Notes: generated by a model from the sequence alone, not told the origin. A stretch of DNA of 64,000 nt from the human T2T-CHM13v2.0 reference genome, Homo sapiens (GCF_009914755.1 NC_060930.1), one strand, 5' to 3'. Positions 17,417 to 39,823 are shown, numbered from the stretch's first letter. Made by a program: numbers and translations.

Positions 17417-17703
17417 CTGGGAAGAAAAAAGATAAAGACTCAAAAACTGGTGAAAATACAAGAGAAAAAAATCTTGGCCCCGCTACTGTTAGAATTCATT
17501 TAGTAGAAATCCCCAGAATTATCTTCCTCAAGGACATACGGGATGCTATCTGCTGAGCATCTCCCACTAGGATTGAGGAGAACTTAGAGGTTATATGGAA
17601 TTTGAAGTGTCAATGGCTTTTTCTGGCTCGGACGCCATTTGACAAAGTCAAAATAATTACTTCAGAAAAGTTGGAAACTCCACAGCCTACTACAAAGACC
17701 AAC

Positions 17704-17822
17704 CTTGTATTTCTCATTGTGTTGGTGACCCTTCACATGTTGCTCCCCAGAAATTGGATCCCCCAAAAATTCCTCACAGAGCTGGCAATAAAATCCACTG
17801 ATGGGAACCAGAAACTCAGAGC
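17704..17822 (-). CDS. ZNF318: ZNF318 exon 9 (119 nt; second U1/matrin-type zinc finger FYCQLC...HVKGHQH)
   Basis: Acceptor cttccag|GC, donor AAG|GTTGGT; within ORF 17662..17880. Confidence 0.95.
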
Positions 17823-18284
17823 CTGGAAGAAGTAGAAAAAAGTCAAGGAAATAAGTCGATTCCACCCAGAATGACAGCAACCAATGGAAATCCCACCACC
17901 CCTTTGCAGTAAAATGGTTACAGTATAGAGGGCCTTACCCACTTTGAAGTCAGAAGCAGTATTTAGATGAATCCCAATGGCACAGTCTTTCCAACCTAAG
18001 GCTTGAACTACAGTCCTCTATTTCTTCTACCTCTTGGGAACATTATACTGGTTAATTTAGGAGTTTCCTGTGCCAGATTAATTCCTGTTGCTGAGTCTCC
18101 TCAAACCCTAACTAGCACCAAGCATCTCAGGAAATATAAAAACTATACTCCCAAATAGCCCATTACCATTTTATGATGATCTCTCATGTTGGTATTAATT
18201 ACTGAGGAAACTATCTTCTGTAAATCTCAAGGGTATAGTAGCAGCACTAGCTACTTGTGAAGGTAAGAAATTGAAAAGTTTATG

Positions 18285-18629
<345 letters not shown>

Positions 18630-19024
18630 TTACCCCTTAATAACAATGACTCAAAATATTGTATAGTTCTTAGTTGAAAAGGCAGTTAAATTACTGCATC
18701 TCCTGTCCTTTTTAACCTGGATTCCAAACAAGTAAGATTTTGGGCCCATAAGCCAATGACAAAGACAATTCTGTTTTAAGTGACATGTCTATGTTTAACA
18801 TCTGTGAATAGATTTTTGGCCATATGGGTAGAGATCATGGTCTTATAGATCTCTTTATAGCTTCAGGACCTAGTACACTGTTTTGTACACAGAAGGCATT
18901 CCTACGGCTTTGTTAAAAGGAATGGCTGTCTCATGCTATGCTGCTTCCTACAATGTTAGTTCAGGGACACCTCTTCCTCAACTGAATGTAAGGAAACCAC
19001 AAAGGTGGCAAAAAGGAAACATAC

Positions 19025-19124
19025 CTTTTGCAGGAACAGTTATCTTGTCAGTGCGCTTTATGGCATCTTGCTTGGCCTCACTCTGGGTCTTTGAAGCCCA
19101 AGGTCTGTTGTAGGGATCCAGTGT
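19025..19124 (-). CDS. ZNF318: ZNF318 exon 8 (100 nt; TLDPYNRPW...VPAK)
   Basis: Acceptor aaatag|ACA, donor AAG|GTATGT; in phase with exons 7 and 9. Confidence 0.93.
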
Positions 19125-19588
19125 CTATTTGTAAGAGGCAGAGGTGCTCACACAACAGCACTAAAAGCTCAATGACCCACTTTTCTCTTTTTTTTCCCCC
19201 ATAATAAGACCAGGGGACCAGAAGCCCCCAGCTACCCACCCCCACCCCCTCTGCCAACTGTTTTAATGGAAATCACCTGTGGAAAAGGTAAACACATGTT
19301 AGAGCAAGTACCAGAAAAAGGTAAAATGAAACAAAAAAATCAGGTACTCAAGGAATCAAAAGAGGCAGAAACCTCACTTACACTTGTCATGGTGTTTAGT
19401 TACAGCCAAGTCCCCTGGACTGAGCCCTGGGGATGGTGTCTCCTTTGTTGGTGTCTCTTGGCTCTTCAGACTGGGGCTCCTGCCCATATGAGAATGTTTC
19501 CTTTTCCAGCTTTGCAATGCAGATAGGGGTATAGAAGTTTGAAGAGAGTGAGGGTGGGAGTGAAAATAACAGAGAGTAGGATACCAAC

Positions 19589-19792
19589 CTGTGTGTGCTT
19601 CTTATTGTGCATATGAGTGAAGAAATCAAACATGGTCCCACAGATGGTGTTGCAGTCTTTGCACCAGTGATTGCCAGCATCATAATACTCATAAGCAGCA
19701 GTGGGCTGATCCAACTGCTTAGTGGCTGACTGGGGGCTTTCGGCAGGCTTGGGGCTCTTAGTACGAAACTTCTCATTGTTTACTTTTGATTC
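19589..19792 (-). CDS. ZNF318: ZNF318 exon 7 (204 nt; first U1/matrin-type zinc finger WCKDC...HMHNKKH)
   Basis: Acceptor ccctctag|GAA, donor CAG|GTTGGT; C-x2-C-x12-H-x5-H spacing. Confidence 0.95.
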
Positions 19793-20459
19793 CTAGAGGG
19801 GAAAAATCTGTACTTACAAGGAATTCAAGGCAATCTAGACTTGTCTTCTGTTAGAAATAGTAAGTGGCCATAATAATAGAAATAGGGCCATATGACCATA
19901 TTTCCAATGTTTAAAGCTGCACAAGTTGGGGGGAACCCTAACAGAAACATGTCTCTAAGACATAGAACTATTTGACTTCATAGTGCTATCACAGCATAAA
20001 AAGTAAATCATAATGGCAATATATTTACTTACATATCCTAAAATATCTCTAGAAGAACAGCCAAGGTTGTGGAAACATTGGCTGCCTCTGGGGAAGGGAA
20101 GTGGAGAACAAGGATGGGTAGGAGTCTCTTCACTGTATACCCTTTAGTAAATGTTGAATATGTTACCTATGCAACTAAACAGTTAAATTTGAAAATCATG
20201 ACAGCTAGGGAGGGAAGAAAAACCAATATGGAAAAGGTAATTGACAGGCTAAGCAAAGCAAATGCAGAAAATAGGTGATAGTGAACTCATCACATGCATC
20301 CTGGTATGAAAAACTGGAGAGAAGGGTTGGTGTACATAGATAAAGTAGACTATACAACTACACATAGATAAAGTCATCTATGTAGAATGATTTAAAGGAA
20401 TCTAGGAAAAACATTCCTAACTGCCTAAAATATCACTTTTAGAATTTAACAACTTTAGA

Positions 20460-23455
<2,996 letters not shown>

Positions 23456-23479
23456 AAGCTCTCATTTAGTGGAGACAGA

Positions 23480-25120
23480 CGTAAGAAGAGTCTTTAAATA
23501 AGACAACGAAATAAATTTTACAAAGAAACAAATTACAGAGTGCTAAAGAAGGCTGACTAGATCTGGGTGGAATTCTGGAAATTCTTCATGGAAGAGGTGG
23601 TATCCAAATTGGGCTTTAATGGGTGAGTGGGGTTGGGAGAAAGATTATTCCAGGCTAATAGGATTATTTATGCAAAACCAGAGAGGTGTAATACCAGATA
23701 TTGCACATCCGGAAAATTGCATTTTGAGGTGACGCAGCGTAAGATGTAATATAATGTTTCTTCAGCAGTATTCATTACTATGTGCTGGGCCCTGGGCTAT
23801 ATATTGGGAATCATATTGAACAATGACACATATAAAGTCCCTGTAACTTTTGAACCTTAAAATCAAATTAGGGGAACACATTTAATTATAAAATCAGATC
23901 TGTCATAAATGTTAAGAAGGAAAATTACAAGATATTATGGGAGTGTATATCAGGCAAATTTAACAGTCTAGGGAATCAGAGAAGGATGTCAGGGAAGTAA
24001 TTTAAGATCCAATCTAAAGGATGAATTGGAGTTAGAAGAGTAGATAAGGAAAGAGTTCGATTTGCATGGTAAAGAAAGGGAACAGAAAATGTGAGGTCAC
24101 GAGAGGAGATGATACATTTGAGGAATGAAAAGGTTAGTAATGAAACTACAGTCAGCAAGAAGGAAAGAGGCATGAAATGAGGTTGAGGAGGTAGGCAAGG
24201 GATTAAGTATCATGATCACTGGCTATATGTGCAAAAAGAGTTAATTAACACAGCAACATAAGCAAAAACTGATGTGGCTTGGACTTGAATGTCAATGGAG
24301 ATGATAAGGTGCATGGAATCGAGATTTACTTTGGAGAGGGACCTGACAGAATTTGTAATTGATTGCATATGGAGCAGTTAGGGAGAGCAGAGCACTGAGA
24401 GTGACTTTTAAGTTGTTGGCATGAAAACTGTCGGACAGTATGCCATTCATTGAGAATGCATAACAATGGAGAAAGAAAAAGTTGGAAGGAGGTTGAGCAC
24501 AACCATTAATTTAGTTTAGGACATGCTCAATTTCAAGTGCCTATGAGATAATGAAGTGGAAATGGTGAGTTACGTTGTTAGACACTCAGAAGACTCATTT
24601 GACTAGAACATAAAACTGGCAATTGTCACATGGCATTTTAGCATAGGACTGGATGAAATGGCCTAGGAAGAAAGAGCAAATTCTGGCAAGGACTGAGCCC
24701 CGAGAAACTCAAAAATTTAAAGATTATGCAAGAGAGACAGCAAAGGATACTAAGCAGGAGCATCCAATGTACTACGAGGAAAAGAAGTGTGACAGAAGCC
24801 AAGGGAAAAGAGTATTTGTAGGAGAAAGTGATTCTTGGCCTCAAATGCTGCTCATTTGAGAAGTAAAATGTATTTACTGACTTTAGCAACACAGTAGTGA
24901 CCTAGACATGAACATAGTTGCTAAATATGAACCCCCCAAAAGGGTATATACAAGTTCTGAGAAGATCAGAAGCCAGATAGGAGTGGGTTAGGGAGTAAAT
25001 GCTGGAACAAGAACATAGAAGGTTCTGAATACTGAGGATTTAGGATTCTTTGTGGGCAACAAGGAACTATGCTGAAATTCTGAAGAGGAGTACCACACTC
25101 TGATCTATACTGTAAGAAAA
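23480..25120 (-). mobile_element. Long degenerate L2 fragment(s) in intron 6
   Basis: Purine-rich L2-like text such as TTTAGTTTAGGACATGCTCAATTTCAAGTGCCTATGAGA and GGACTGAGCCC. Confidence 0.55.
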
Positions 25121-25232
25121 TAATTAACAAGAGTAAGAACAGTTTGAAAACCTAAGTTAAGAAAATGGTTAGAAAACCATAGGAGTCTAAGGGAAAAAAA
25201 AGATGATAGAAATGGAAAAATTGAGTTGTTAC

Positions 25233-25534
25233 CTTGTTGGAGGAGGAGTTTGAGAACGATGACACTTTTTCTGGGCTCTTAGATTTTTCTGCTTTCCCAG
25301 GCTTCTCTGTAGGCTCTCTACTGTCACTTAAAGACTTCTGGGATTTATCGAAGATGTTAATTCCCAAGATCTGAGCCACTTTGTCCAGTTCAGATTGCTT
25401 CTTTTCTGCCTCTTCTGCCTCTTGCCGTAGCTCTGCAATGTCCTTCATAATGTTATCCTGAAGCCGACTCACCTCCACCAAGAGAGGATCTTTGTGGCCA
25501 TCCTTCTCCCTTCGTTTCTTGCGCAGCATTTCTC
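25233..25534 (-). CDS. ZNF318: ZNF318 exon 6 (302 nt; coiled-coil-like)
   Basis: Within ORF 25152..25556; acceptor gctcag|GA, donor AAG|GTAACA. Confidence 0.94.
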
Positions 25535-25660
25535 CTGAGCAATCAAATGTCAACAAAAAGAAGCACAGGGAAAATAAGACGAGTCATTTCTCATTTACAA
25601 GCAATAATTTGTCAGGGCTTTATGGTTACAAAGTCTTTGCCCACAAACGTTTCTAAGAGT

Positions 25661-29190
<3,530 letters not shown>

Positions 29191-29285
29191 TGAAGTTTCA
29201 GGTTACTGAACCTGTGTGAGAGTACCAAATTTGGGTCTCCTACGCAAGTTATTACAAAAAGGCAGTCATGCAAAGCAGCTGATAC

Positions 29286-29385
29286 CTTGTTGTTTATGAA
29301 GCCGCTCTAACTCGGTCCTAAGATAGTACATCTTCTTCTGGCGGGCTTCCCGGTCATTCTTTAGTTTTTCCCTCTCTTCAATAAC
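29286..29385 (-). CDS. ZNF318: ZNF318 exon 5 (100 nt; coiled-coil-like VIEEREKLKNDREARQKKMYYLRTELERLHKQQ)
   Basis: Acceptor ttttgcag|GTT, donor AAG|GTATCA; phase 0 to 1. Confidence 0.93.
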
Positions 29386-30269
29386 CTGCAAAATACAAAG
29401 TGGTAAGAGAGTCCATCTCCTCCAACATTCTCTTTTCTATTTCTCTCTTCCAGAAGCCTTCTTCCTAGACATTATCTGAATGTAAGGATCCAAATGCCTG
29501 CACACAGGCTCTGACCTTACTGTCAAAGTAATATTTCGTTCTAAGTTCCAGAATAGAACTGTCCATCTTTTCAAAAACTACACTGTCCAGAAAGGTTGTT
29601 TGTTTGTTTTTTGCAGGAAGGATCTAGGGCACTGATAGCAACTATTAGATAGTGGTTCTAAGTTCCAAAGGGAACCATAGATAAAGGAACCATATGTGTT
29701 ATAGGTAAGGGACATATTTCATGTTGTTTATTTTCACTGCTCCTTGCAAACCAGGGATAACCCATAGGCAGTATGCCCAGAGTAGCATGTTGTTTAATCC
29801 TCACATTTTCACTATTTTATAGTCAGAAAACTGAAGTTGTACAAGATTAAGTAGAATACTCAAAGTCACACATTAAGAGTAGATTTACAATCCAGGTATA
29901 TCTGCCCTAAAGCTCATGATCTTTCAACTATACTACTACCTAATGAAAAAAAGCAAATATGGCTTGTCTATACTATACCAGCATATAATAGGCCTGTATG
30001 TGTCTATAATAGACCTATGTATTATCAGCGCCCTGACTTAAGGACTAGATTTATAAAAGGAAAATAAAGAGGAAGTGTATGACCTCCAAACACTGTCTCT
30101 AAAGTTTTGTCTACATTGAACCTATTCCCTTTCCCAAAAGACTTCAGTAAAACTAAAGATTGAAGTTCAGGGTATTTAAGTCCAATAGAAACTTAAGAGA
30201 AGTGTTTTTTGTCTTCCCAATAATTGGCTAAAACTTTTTAACCGGAAAAAAATGAGACTGGCCCTCTAA

Positions 30270-31030
<761 letters not shown>

Positions 31031-31573
31031 GTAATTTTTTAAATAAATAACATGTCAAAAATGTTACTGTTACTCCTGGACTCTAAGATAAACCAGAACA
31101 AGCAAAGTTTATTTCTTGGTTTGCTTCAATTATCAAGCAACAACTAGTTATTAACTTTAACTCATAATCATTACAGGGTAAGAATACAGAATTCACTGGG
31201 ATCAAACAGGTTTACTGATTCTCCTTCACCACACCCAATTTTGGTTCCCTACTCCACTACGAAATCATATTGAAGACTTCAAGGCTCCCAGTTCCTATCT
31301 ACAGTGTTTGAAGACCATTAACTTGGATAGAATTAAACTTAAAAAAGGCTGACAATCACAATAGGACCCAAGGCCAGACTTTTGTTTAGTCCTAATGATA
31401 AAACATGTGTGAAAAACAGAGGAACAATATACACTTCTTAGGATGATGACAGCAGCCTCCAGACGACTTCAAGTGAAAGAGCCTTACAAATTTTCAGCCC
31501 CTTCTAAAAAACATATACAAATTTATGGCAAAACAGAAAACTCAGGCACAGGATACCCAAAGCTAATATTCAC

Positions 31574-33055
31574 CTTTTGCTTCTGGGAAGCACGGTTCTT
31601 CTCATCAGAGATCTTCTCTGGATTATATCTTATGAGTGATGGAATGGACACCTGGACAGGCACTTGGGCCGCAGGAATTGAGCCTCGCAGAGACTCTTTC
31701 TGCTTAGGCTTATCAGGAGTCACAGTGGGGATCACACGAAGATTGGGACGGCTACGAGTAGCTTGTTTGGTTATTGGCATTATCCTGTGTGGTTCAGGTA
31801 CAGGGTGGTTTGACGGTTGAGAGGTGGGATACATGGGCCATCTGGAGGCTGCATATGCCATGTAGTGCCTATAGGCATCAAAAGAGGCAGGGGGAATGGC
31901 AGGTCCCTGGTAGTTCGGAGGTATCCGAGCTGCAGCAAACTGAGAGGCCCTTGGCATGTGAAACTGAGATAAAGCAGCAGTGTGTGGAAGTCTAATTGGG
32001 GCAGATGGGGCTGATGGCAACATGCACCTGACTGCAACAGATGACTGAAACCCACTACCAACCACCTCTGGTCCTGAAATATGACCCACTGGATGGTCAG
32101 ACTTTAGGAATGGAGGGCTGTTTTTTGTGAGCAGGTAAGGATCCACAGGAGAAGGTGGGTGTGGATGGGACACCTCTGGAGAGTGGGTATTGCTATGATG
32201 TGCCTCCCTGCTCTCTAGTCTGTGGGGATCTGAGGAACGTCGATCAGCTGAGAAGCAGTGGTCAACTGAGGAACAGCGGTCAGCTGAGAAGCGGTGGTCA
32301 ACTGAGGAACAGTGGTCAGCTGAAAAGTATCGGTCAACTGAGGAACGGCGGTCAGCTGAGGAGCGTAATGATGGCTTCTTGCCATGAAGTCGTTCCTGGG
32401 TGCGTGCAGCCAATTGACTAATCTCTGCTACTCCAATATCCAGCCCTATTGTCTTGAGCAAGTCATGGATCTTCGCATATTCTGGATTGGTCTCTTCTAG
32501 TGATTCTAGCTTTACAGCTGGAGCTGAAGACGGCAGGGAGCTTGCCTTCTGCCTCATAACTTCACTCTCAGAGCTCCCAAGGGGCTTTGGTACGGATTCT
32601 GCCTTTAAATCCTCTTCTTCATCCCCATAGAGAAATTTCTCCTCATCTTCAATGTCGGGAAAGCTACGTCGCCTTTTTTCCTGTGTACTGGTAGAATCAG
32701 CCAACATGCTCAGAATGCGGGAAAAACCACTGCCATCCTGGCTAGCTCTCTCATGGGGCAGCAGGAAGTCTGTGTGTCGCTCAGGTCCCTCAGCCTTCAA
32801 ATCCAAATTATCCTTGTGGCATAGAAAACTTCCAAATTTTTCTCTGAGAGGACTGTTGTCTTTGGGAATCCCAGGAAGGGGACCCCATTGGTAGAGGTTG
32901 CCCTGAGGTTCCTTCAAGGCAGTCTCTACCATAGTCCCCTTGTTTTCAATCTCTGAGGCAAAAGCAGCAATAGCACCACTTAGTGGAAGGGATGGGTGCC
33001 CAGAGTAGAGAGGGTGATCCTGGCTGGAGCTGGTACTGCTGGAAAAACTCTCAAG
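31574..33055 (-). CDS. ZNF318: ZNF318 exon 4 (1482 nt; includes DEEKFLYGD motif and SAD/SVD repeats)
   Basis: Within ORF 31523..33073; acceptor tttgcag|CTT, donor AAG|GTGAAT. Confidence 0.95.
32231..32365 (-). repeat. Coding minisatellite in exon 4: 18-bp unit, 36-bp dimer (SADxx/SSVDxxF)
   Basis: SADRRSSVDRYFSADHCSSVDHRFSADRCSSVDHCFSADRRSS; DNA alternates GGTCAGCTGAGAAG and GGTCAACTGAGGAA. Confidence 0.92.
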
Positions 33056-34035
33056 CTGCAAAGACAAACACAACTGATTTAGTCTTATGCAGAATCTCAG
33101 AACATTAGTAATTGAGATAAATACTTAAATACTTTGGTCTTCCTGAATTAACAGGTGAGATACAAGTATGGATAAAAGGGAGGAAAAGTATCCTTAGCCA
33201 GATTCAAAATGTGAATCCCCTTATCTCCAGATGTTTCTACTGTTGAGGAGAAACAGGAAGTGAGGCAAACTGGATGGAATCCTCACCTTTATCTATTTGT
33301 TAAAAGGAATTTGAATTCAAAAGAATTTTAGAGATCCCCTAGCTTGTTTTCTTTTCTATGGATCCCCAAAAGAAAAGGAAAAAAAAAGCTGCTTTGGCTG
33401 AAGTGGGGAGAGGAAACTCTGGAACGCTAACTCATCAGCATTCCTTTGCTTGGGAACCTCTTCAGAAGCCTTTATCTCCTAAGAGGACAGCTAAAAACTA
33501 GTGGTCTTTCCACTAGTGGTCTGACCATCCTTTCACAGGTCAGGGAAAAATATCAAGGCTCAGAATGGTGAGGTGACTTGTCTAAAAATCACAGTAAGTT
33601 GGTGGCAGAAGTGGGTCCAAAATCAGAATCATCTGATTTCTAGTCCAGTGTCCTACAACTCATACATCTTGTCTTCTCTCTAAAGAGAGATGAGAAAATT
33701 GAGATCACCTCCTCCCCTTGCCCTTCAAGGTTCATTTCCAACAAACCCATACTCAAAGATTGCCAAAGGATAATCCAATTTAAGTAAAAAAACTTACAGT
33801 ACTCTCCAAAATATCTATTTATTAATATAAAGCCTAATATACAGCAATAGAACCCTCTACTGATGCATTAAAAGGCCTACAGTTTCGTTTGGAGAGTCCT
33901 AGAAGGTGTAGCTCACAATGTCGGTCCAGCACATATTACAAAGATACCATTAGGAACATAGCCCACAGGAAAGTAAGCAGGCTTTAAGATATTAGGGAGA
34001 CTAGCAAGAGGCCCTACAAGAAATGCAGCAGAGAC

Positions 34036-34675
34036 CTGCATGGAGGGCTCCATTATGTCCACCTCAATCCGCTTCTTCAAAATGGATTTCTTGGGCATCA
34101 CAGATACTTCCTCAGGCCGATGCAAAGAATATCCTGGCTCCGATGCTGTTAGGACACCTGACAATCCAGGGATGGAACAGCCAGTACCACCACCATCAAC
34201 TCCAACCAGCTCCTGACTCAAGCTCCTACTTCGCTCCTCCTCTTCCTCTCGCTTTCGTCTGGCAAGATCCAGTTCTCGAAACTCAGGGTCGAGAAACCTA
34301 GGACTTGGGCTTCTTCTACGCTGTCGATAGTTGCGAGTTCCTGATGTAAAACTTGGGTGATCCCCTCCCATGCTGTTTATCTTCACTGTGTCATCATAAC
34401 GGGGTCTTTTGGCCTCCCGGCTCCTTTCTTCAGATCGTATGGAGTAGCCTTTGAGTTTTTCTCGATTCCGTTCTGTTCCCCGCAACAGCTCATCATGACA
34501 ACTGATATGGGGACTATAATCAGATCGATGCAGGAAAGTTTCTTTTGTTCGGTAGTCCTCATCAAGTTGTCCCAAGAAGGGACTGAGAGGCCCTTCCTCC
34601 TGGGAAATATATCGCTCAAGACCCCGAGAGCACTGGGAGCTTCGAGTGAAGACAGAATCATCAGTCAGGTCATCC
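34036..34675 (-). CDS. ZNF318: ZNF318 exon 3 (640 nt)
   Basis: Within ORF 33913..34839; acceptor ttcctcag|G, donor CAG|GTCTCT. Confidence 0.93.
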
Positions 34676-34974
34676 CTGAGGAAAAAGAGAAGCATCATTG
34701 AACAAATGGACTTGGAAAGAATAAGAGCAGACAAGGCTAAGAGACTGGTGTTTGTCAAGGGGGCTATAAAATGCTTAGGGCAAAAGACTATAATCATGAA
34801 GTCCAAGAACATTTCCTCTCCCTTTCCCCAGGGGAACAAGCAGCTTTAGCCTCTAACCAAGAGGTAATATTACCAACATATCTAGATAGATCTCTTGGGT
34901 AATTTCTCCGACTAGACTTAGGGCATGCAGAATATCATGGAAGTTACACAACTCCACACAAGCTAAATTCTAGC

Positions 34975-35141
34975 TCTTTGCTACTGAAAGTGTAGTGCGG
35001 ACGAAACAGCATTAGCATTACCTGGGAACTTTTTAGAAATATAGCTTCTCAAAGCTCCACCCCAAGCAGATCTGAACTAGAATCTGCATTTTAACAAGAT
35101 CTCCAGGTGATTTGTCTGTACTTTAAAGTTTGAGAAACACC
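34975..35141. mobile_element. MER5A-like hAT DNA transposon fossil
   Basis: CAGCATTAGCATTACCTGGGAACTT..AGAAAT...GAATCTGCATTTTAACAAGATCTCCAGGTGATT...AAAGTTTGAGAAACAC. Confidence 0.8.
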
Positions 35142-35158
35142 AGTCCAGATCAATGGGA

Positions 35159-35768
35159 TTTTTTTGTTTTGTTTTGAGATGGAGTCTCGCTCTGTCACCC
35201 AGGCTGGAATGCAGTGATGCAATCTCGGCTCACTGCAAGCTCCGCCTCTCAGGTTCACGCCATTCTCCTGCCTCAGTCTCCCGAGTAACTGGGCCTATAG
35301 GCACCAGCCATCACACCCGGCTAATTTTTTTTTTTTTTTTTTTTTTCTGATTTTTTAGTAGAGACAGGGTTTCACCATGTTAGCCAGGATGGTCTTGATC
35401 TCCTGACCTAGTGATCAGCCCGCCTTGGCCTCCCAAAGTGCTGGGATTACAGGCATGAGCCACCGCGCCCAGCCTGTTTTGTTTAAGACAGAGTCTTGCT
35501 CTGTCACCCAGGCTGGAGTGCAGTGGCATGATCTCGGCTGACTGCAACCTCTACCTCCCTGGTTCAAGTGATTCTTGTGCCTCAACCTCCTTAAGTAGCT
35601 GGGATTACAGGTGTGCACCACCATGCTGGCTGACTTTTTGCATTTTTTTAGTAGAGATGGGGTTTCACATGTTGGCCAGGCTGGTCTCGAACTCCTGATC
35701 TCAGGTGATCTGCCCGCCTCAGCCTCCCAAACTGCTGGGATTACAGGCGTGAGCCTCCACACGTGGCT
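35159..35768 (-). mobile_element. Two tandem - strand Alus in intron 2
   Basis: Alu consensus. Confidence 0.9.
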
Positions 35769-37519
35769 CAGATAAATGGTTTTAAAGCTGTGTTCCAGAG
35801 GTTGTAAAGAGTGCTCAGGAGCTACCAAAAGAAAGGAGGTACTAGAAAAGCAGAACCAGCAGGGCTCTTGACCTTCTATCCCAGTTAAATCACACTAATT
35901 CCAACTTTAAGTCTGTATATTAAGGTTCTAATAATTCAATTGGGAAAAAAAAGTATCACTATATGGTAACTTTTAAAAAAACTACTGATTTATCTAATTA
36001 GCATGATTTTCTCATAAGATTTAGAAGGTTCTCCAATGCTTTGCCTTGATGGTTCACATATTAAAACCCATAAAGCTCTCTCACAGCCTGTTTTGTCACC
36101 CTCTTTGCCTTCTCTGGATATCTACAAGCACTCTGCTAATCTTGGGCTTAGAAAAGAGAAAGTGATGGTTTGGTTCACCATATATTTTTATTTCATTAAA
36201 TACAAAGGTCTCATACCTTTGTGGCATGAGGTAAAAATCCAGGATGGGACAGCTATTCTTTTAGCTGAGAATTCTATACCACACCCAATAATGCTAACCT
36301 TCTCAGGGGCTATGGCTATGACACAAAACTAAAGTTTCTGATTTAAATCACAGATAGAAATAAAGATCCTCTAGCACTTTATGTATGAAAACTTCTAAGT
36401 ACTCTGAATAAAAAATAAAAGTTCTTACATGTCACTCACATTCCAGAGTGAATTATCATCTAGAGGATGGTAACTATTAGTGTCTTCTACAGTTTCTAGT
36501 AGCTACTTTTGTTGTGAGTTTCTAGAAATGACTTTTCCTTAGTTTTTTTTGTAGTTGCTTTCCTATCTCTGAGACTATGCCAGCAGAATCTCAAAACATT
36601 GCCTTTTCTTATTCACCAGCCTGCCTTTGATCAAAGTTGTAGACCTAGGAATAAATTTATGAAAGGTTATCAAGGACAAACTTTATTTACCTTCTCTAAC
36701 AAGAATGCCATCTGTGGGAATCCAGGTTTCTGTTACCCACCTTCTTCCTAAGAATTTGGGAAATTTTGAGGTTTCAATGCAGTATGAAATAGGAATAAAT
36801 GGGAATAAACCAAGGATGATTTCTGAAATCAAACTGAGGTAAAAATTTTTCTCTATAGGTCTGTCAGCCATAAACACACCTATTTCCAGAGAGGAATGTT
36901 CATGAGTTGAGTCACTCCATTGCCGAAACACCATCTACCATACAAAAAGTCTCTGACCATATTAGTATAGGGAGAAAAAACATAGGCTCCATGAGGAGTG
37001 GCAAGTTCATTCACACTCCCACATTCAGCTCCCCACCAGAACTATTACATGTCACCATGAAACGGCATACTAGCCCAAGGTCTAAACCAGTACTAACTAT
37101 CAAGAAGCTACAAATGAGATGGCTCTCAAAAAGCTGTAGTCCAGACTTGGAATCTCCAGTAGAGACAGAAAAAAGGCATAAAAACAGTTTTCTTAAAAAA
37201 GCTATCACATACATATAGGCAGAAATCAGGTTGCTTATTAGAAGCTCATGTCCTCCTTCCCCAGGACTCCAAAAGGATATGAGAAGAGAACTGGCTGTAG
37301 TAAGAACCCTAAAAAGGGTACAATCTCCTATACCCTGAAAGAGTCCAGCGATGGATACTCCCGGAAAGCCTTGGTTAAGTTCAACTGTTTTCTAAAATAA
37401 AGTCTATCTATTTAAAAAAACTGATTGTTGGAGTTAGGTAATAAGGACATGGGGTTTCACTGTACTATTCTACATTTTTGTGTTTACAAATCTCTGTTAA
37501 ACAAGTTTTTAAAAAATGT

Positions 37520-38025
37520 ATGTATGTCCATATAAAAACTTTTATACCAATGTTCAGAGCAGCATTAATCATAATTGCCAAAAAGTGAAAAGAATCAAAA
37601 TGTTATCCATTCATTCACCACTGATGAATGGATAAACAAAACATGGTATATCCATACAATAAAATATTATCAGCAATAAAAAGGAATGCTACAAACACGG
37701 ATGAACCTTAAAAAAAAATATGCTAAGTGAAAGAAGCCAGTCACAAAAGACCACATATTATATGATTCTATTTATATGAAATGTCCAGAACGGGCAAATC
37801 TATAGAGACAGAAAGTAGATTAGTGATTGCCTATGGCTGGGGGTAGGGTGGAGGGAGTAATGGCTAAAGGAACAGAGCTTCTTTCTGGTGTAATAAAAAT
37901 GTTCTAAAATTGATTGTAGTGAGGGATGCACAACTCTGAATATGCGAAAAATCACTGAACTGTACACTTCAAATGGGTGAATTATATAGTATACAAATTA
38001 CATCTCGATAAAGCTGTTAAAAATG
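37520..38025 (+). mobile_element. L1MB-like 3' end fragment
   Basis: ATGCTAAGTGAAAGAAGCCAGTCACAAAAGACCACATATT...GGCAAATCTATAGAGACAGAAAGTAGATTAGTG. Confidence 0.85.
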
Positions 38026-38196
38026 TATACATATTTTAAAAGGTCCTTCAGAGCCTAAACTCTCCATTCTTTTCTGTTGATGAGTCCCAAAAATGCCCCA
38101 AGAAAGCTGTTTGCTTCTATTCCCTAAAGAAAATCAGAGGGAAAAAAATCCCACTCCTTCAATCTGTCAGAATAAGGAGAAGAAATTAGGCGATAA

Positions 38197-39823
<1,627 letters not shown>

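Noticed and set aside
14154-17435. Several + strand ORFs (up to 248 aa) opposite exon 10
   Set aside because: Antisense shadows of a long low-complexity coding exon; Ser/Phe/Leu-rich, with no recognisable domain or independent start signals.
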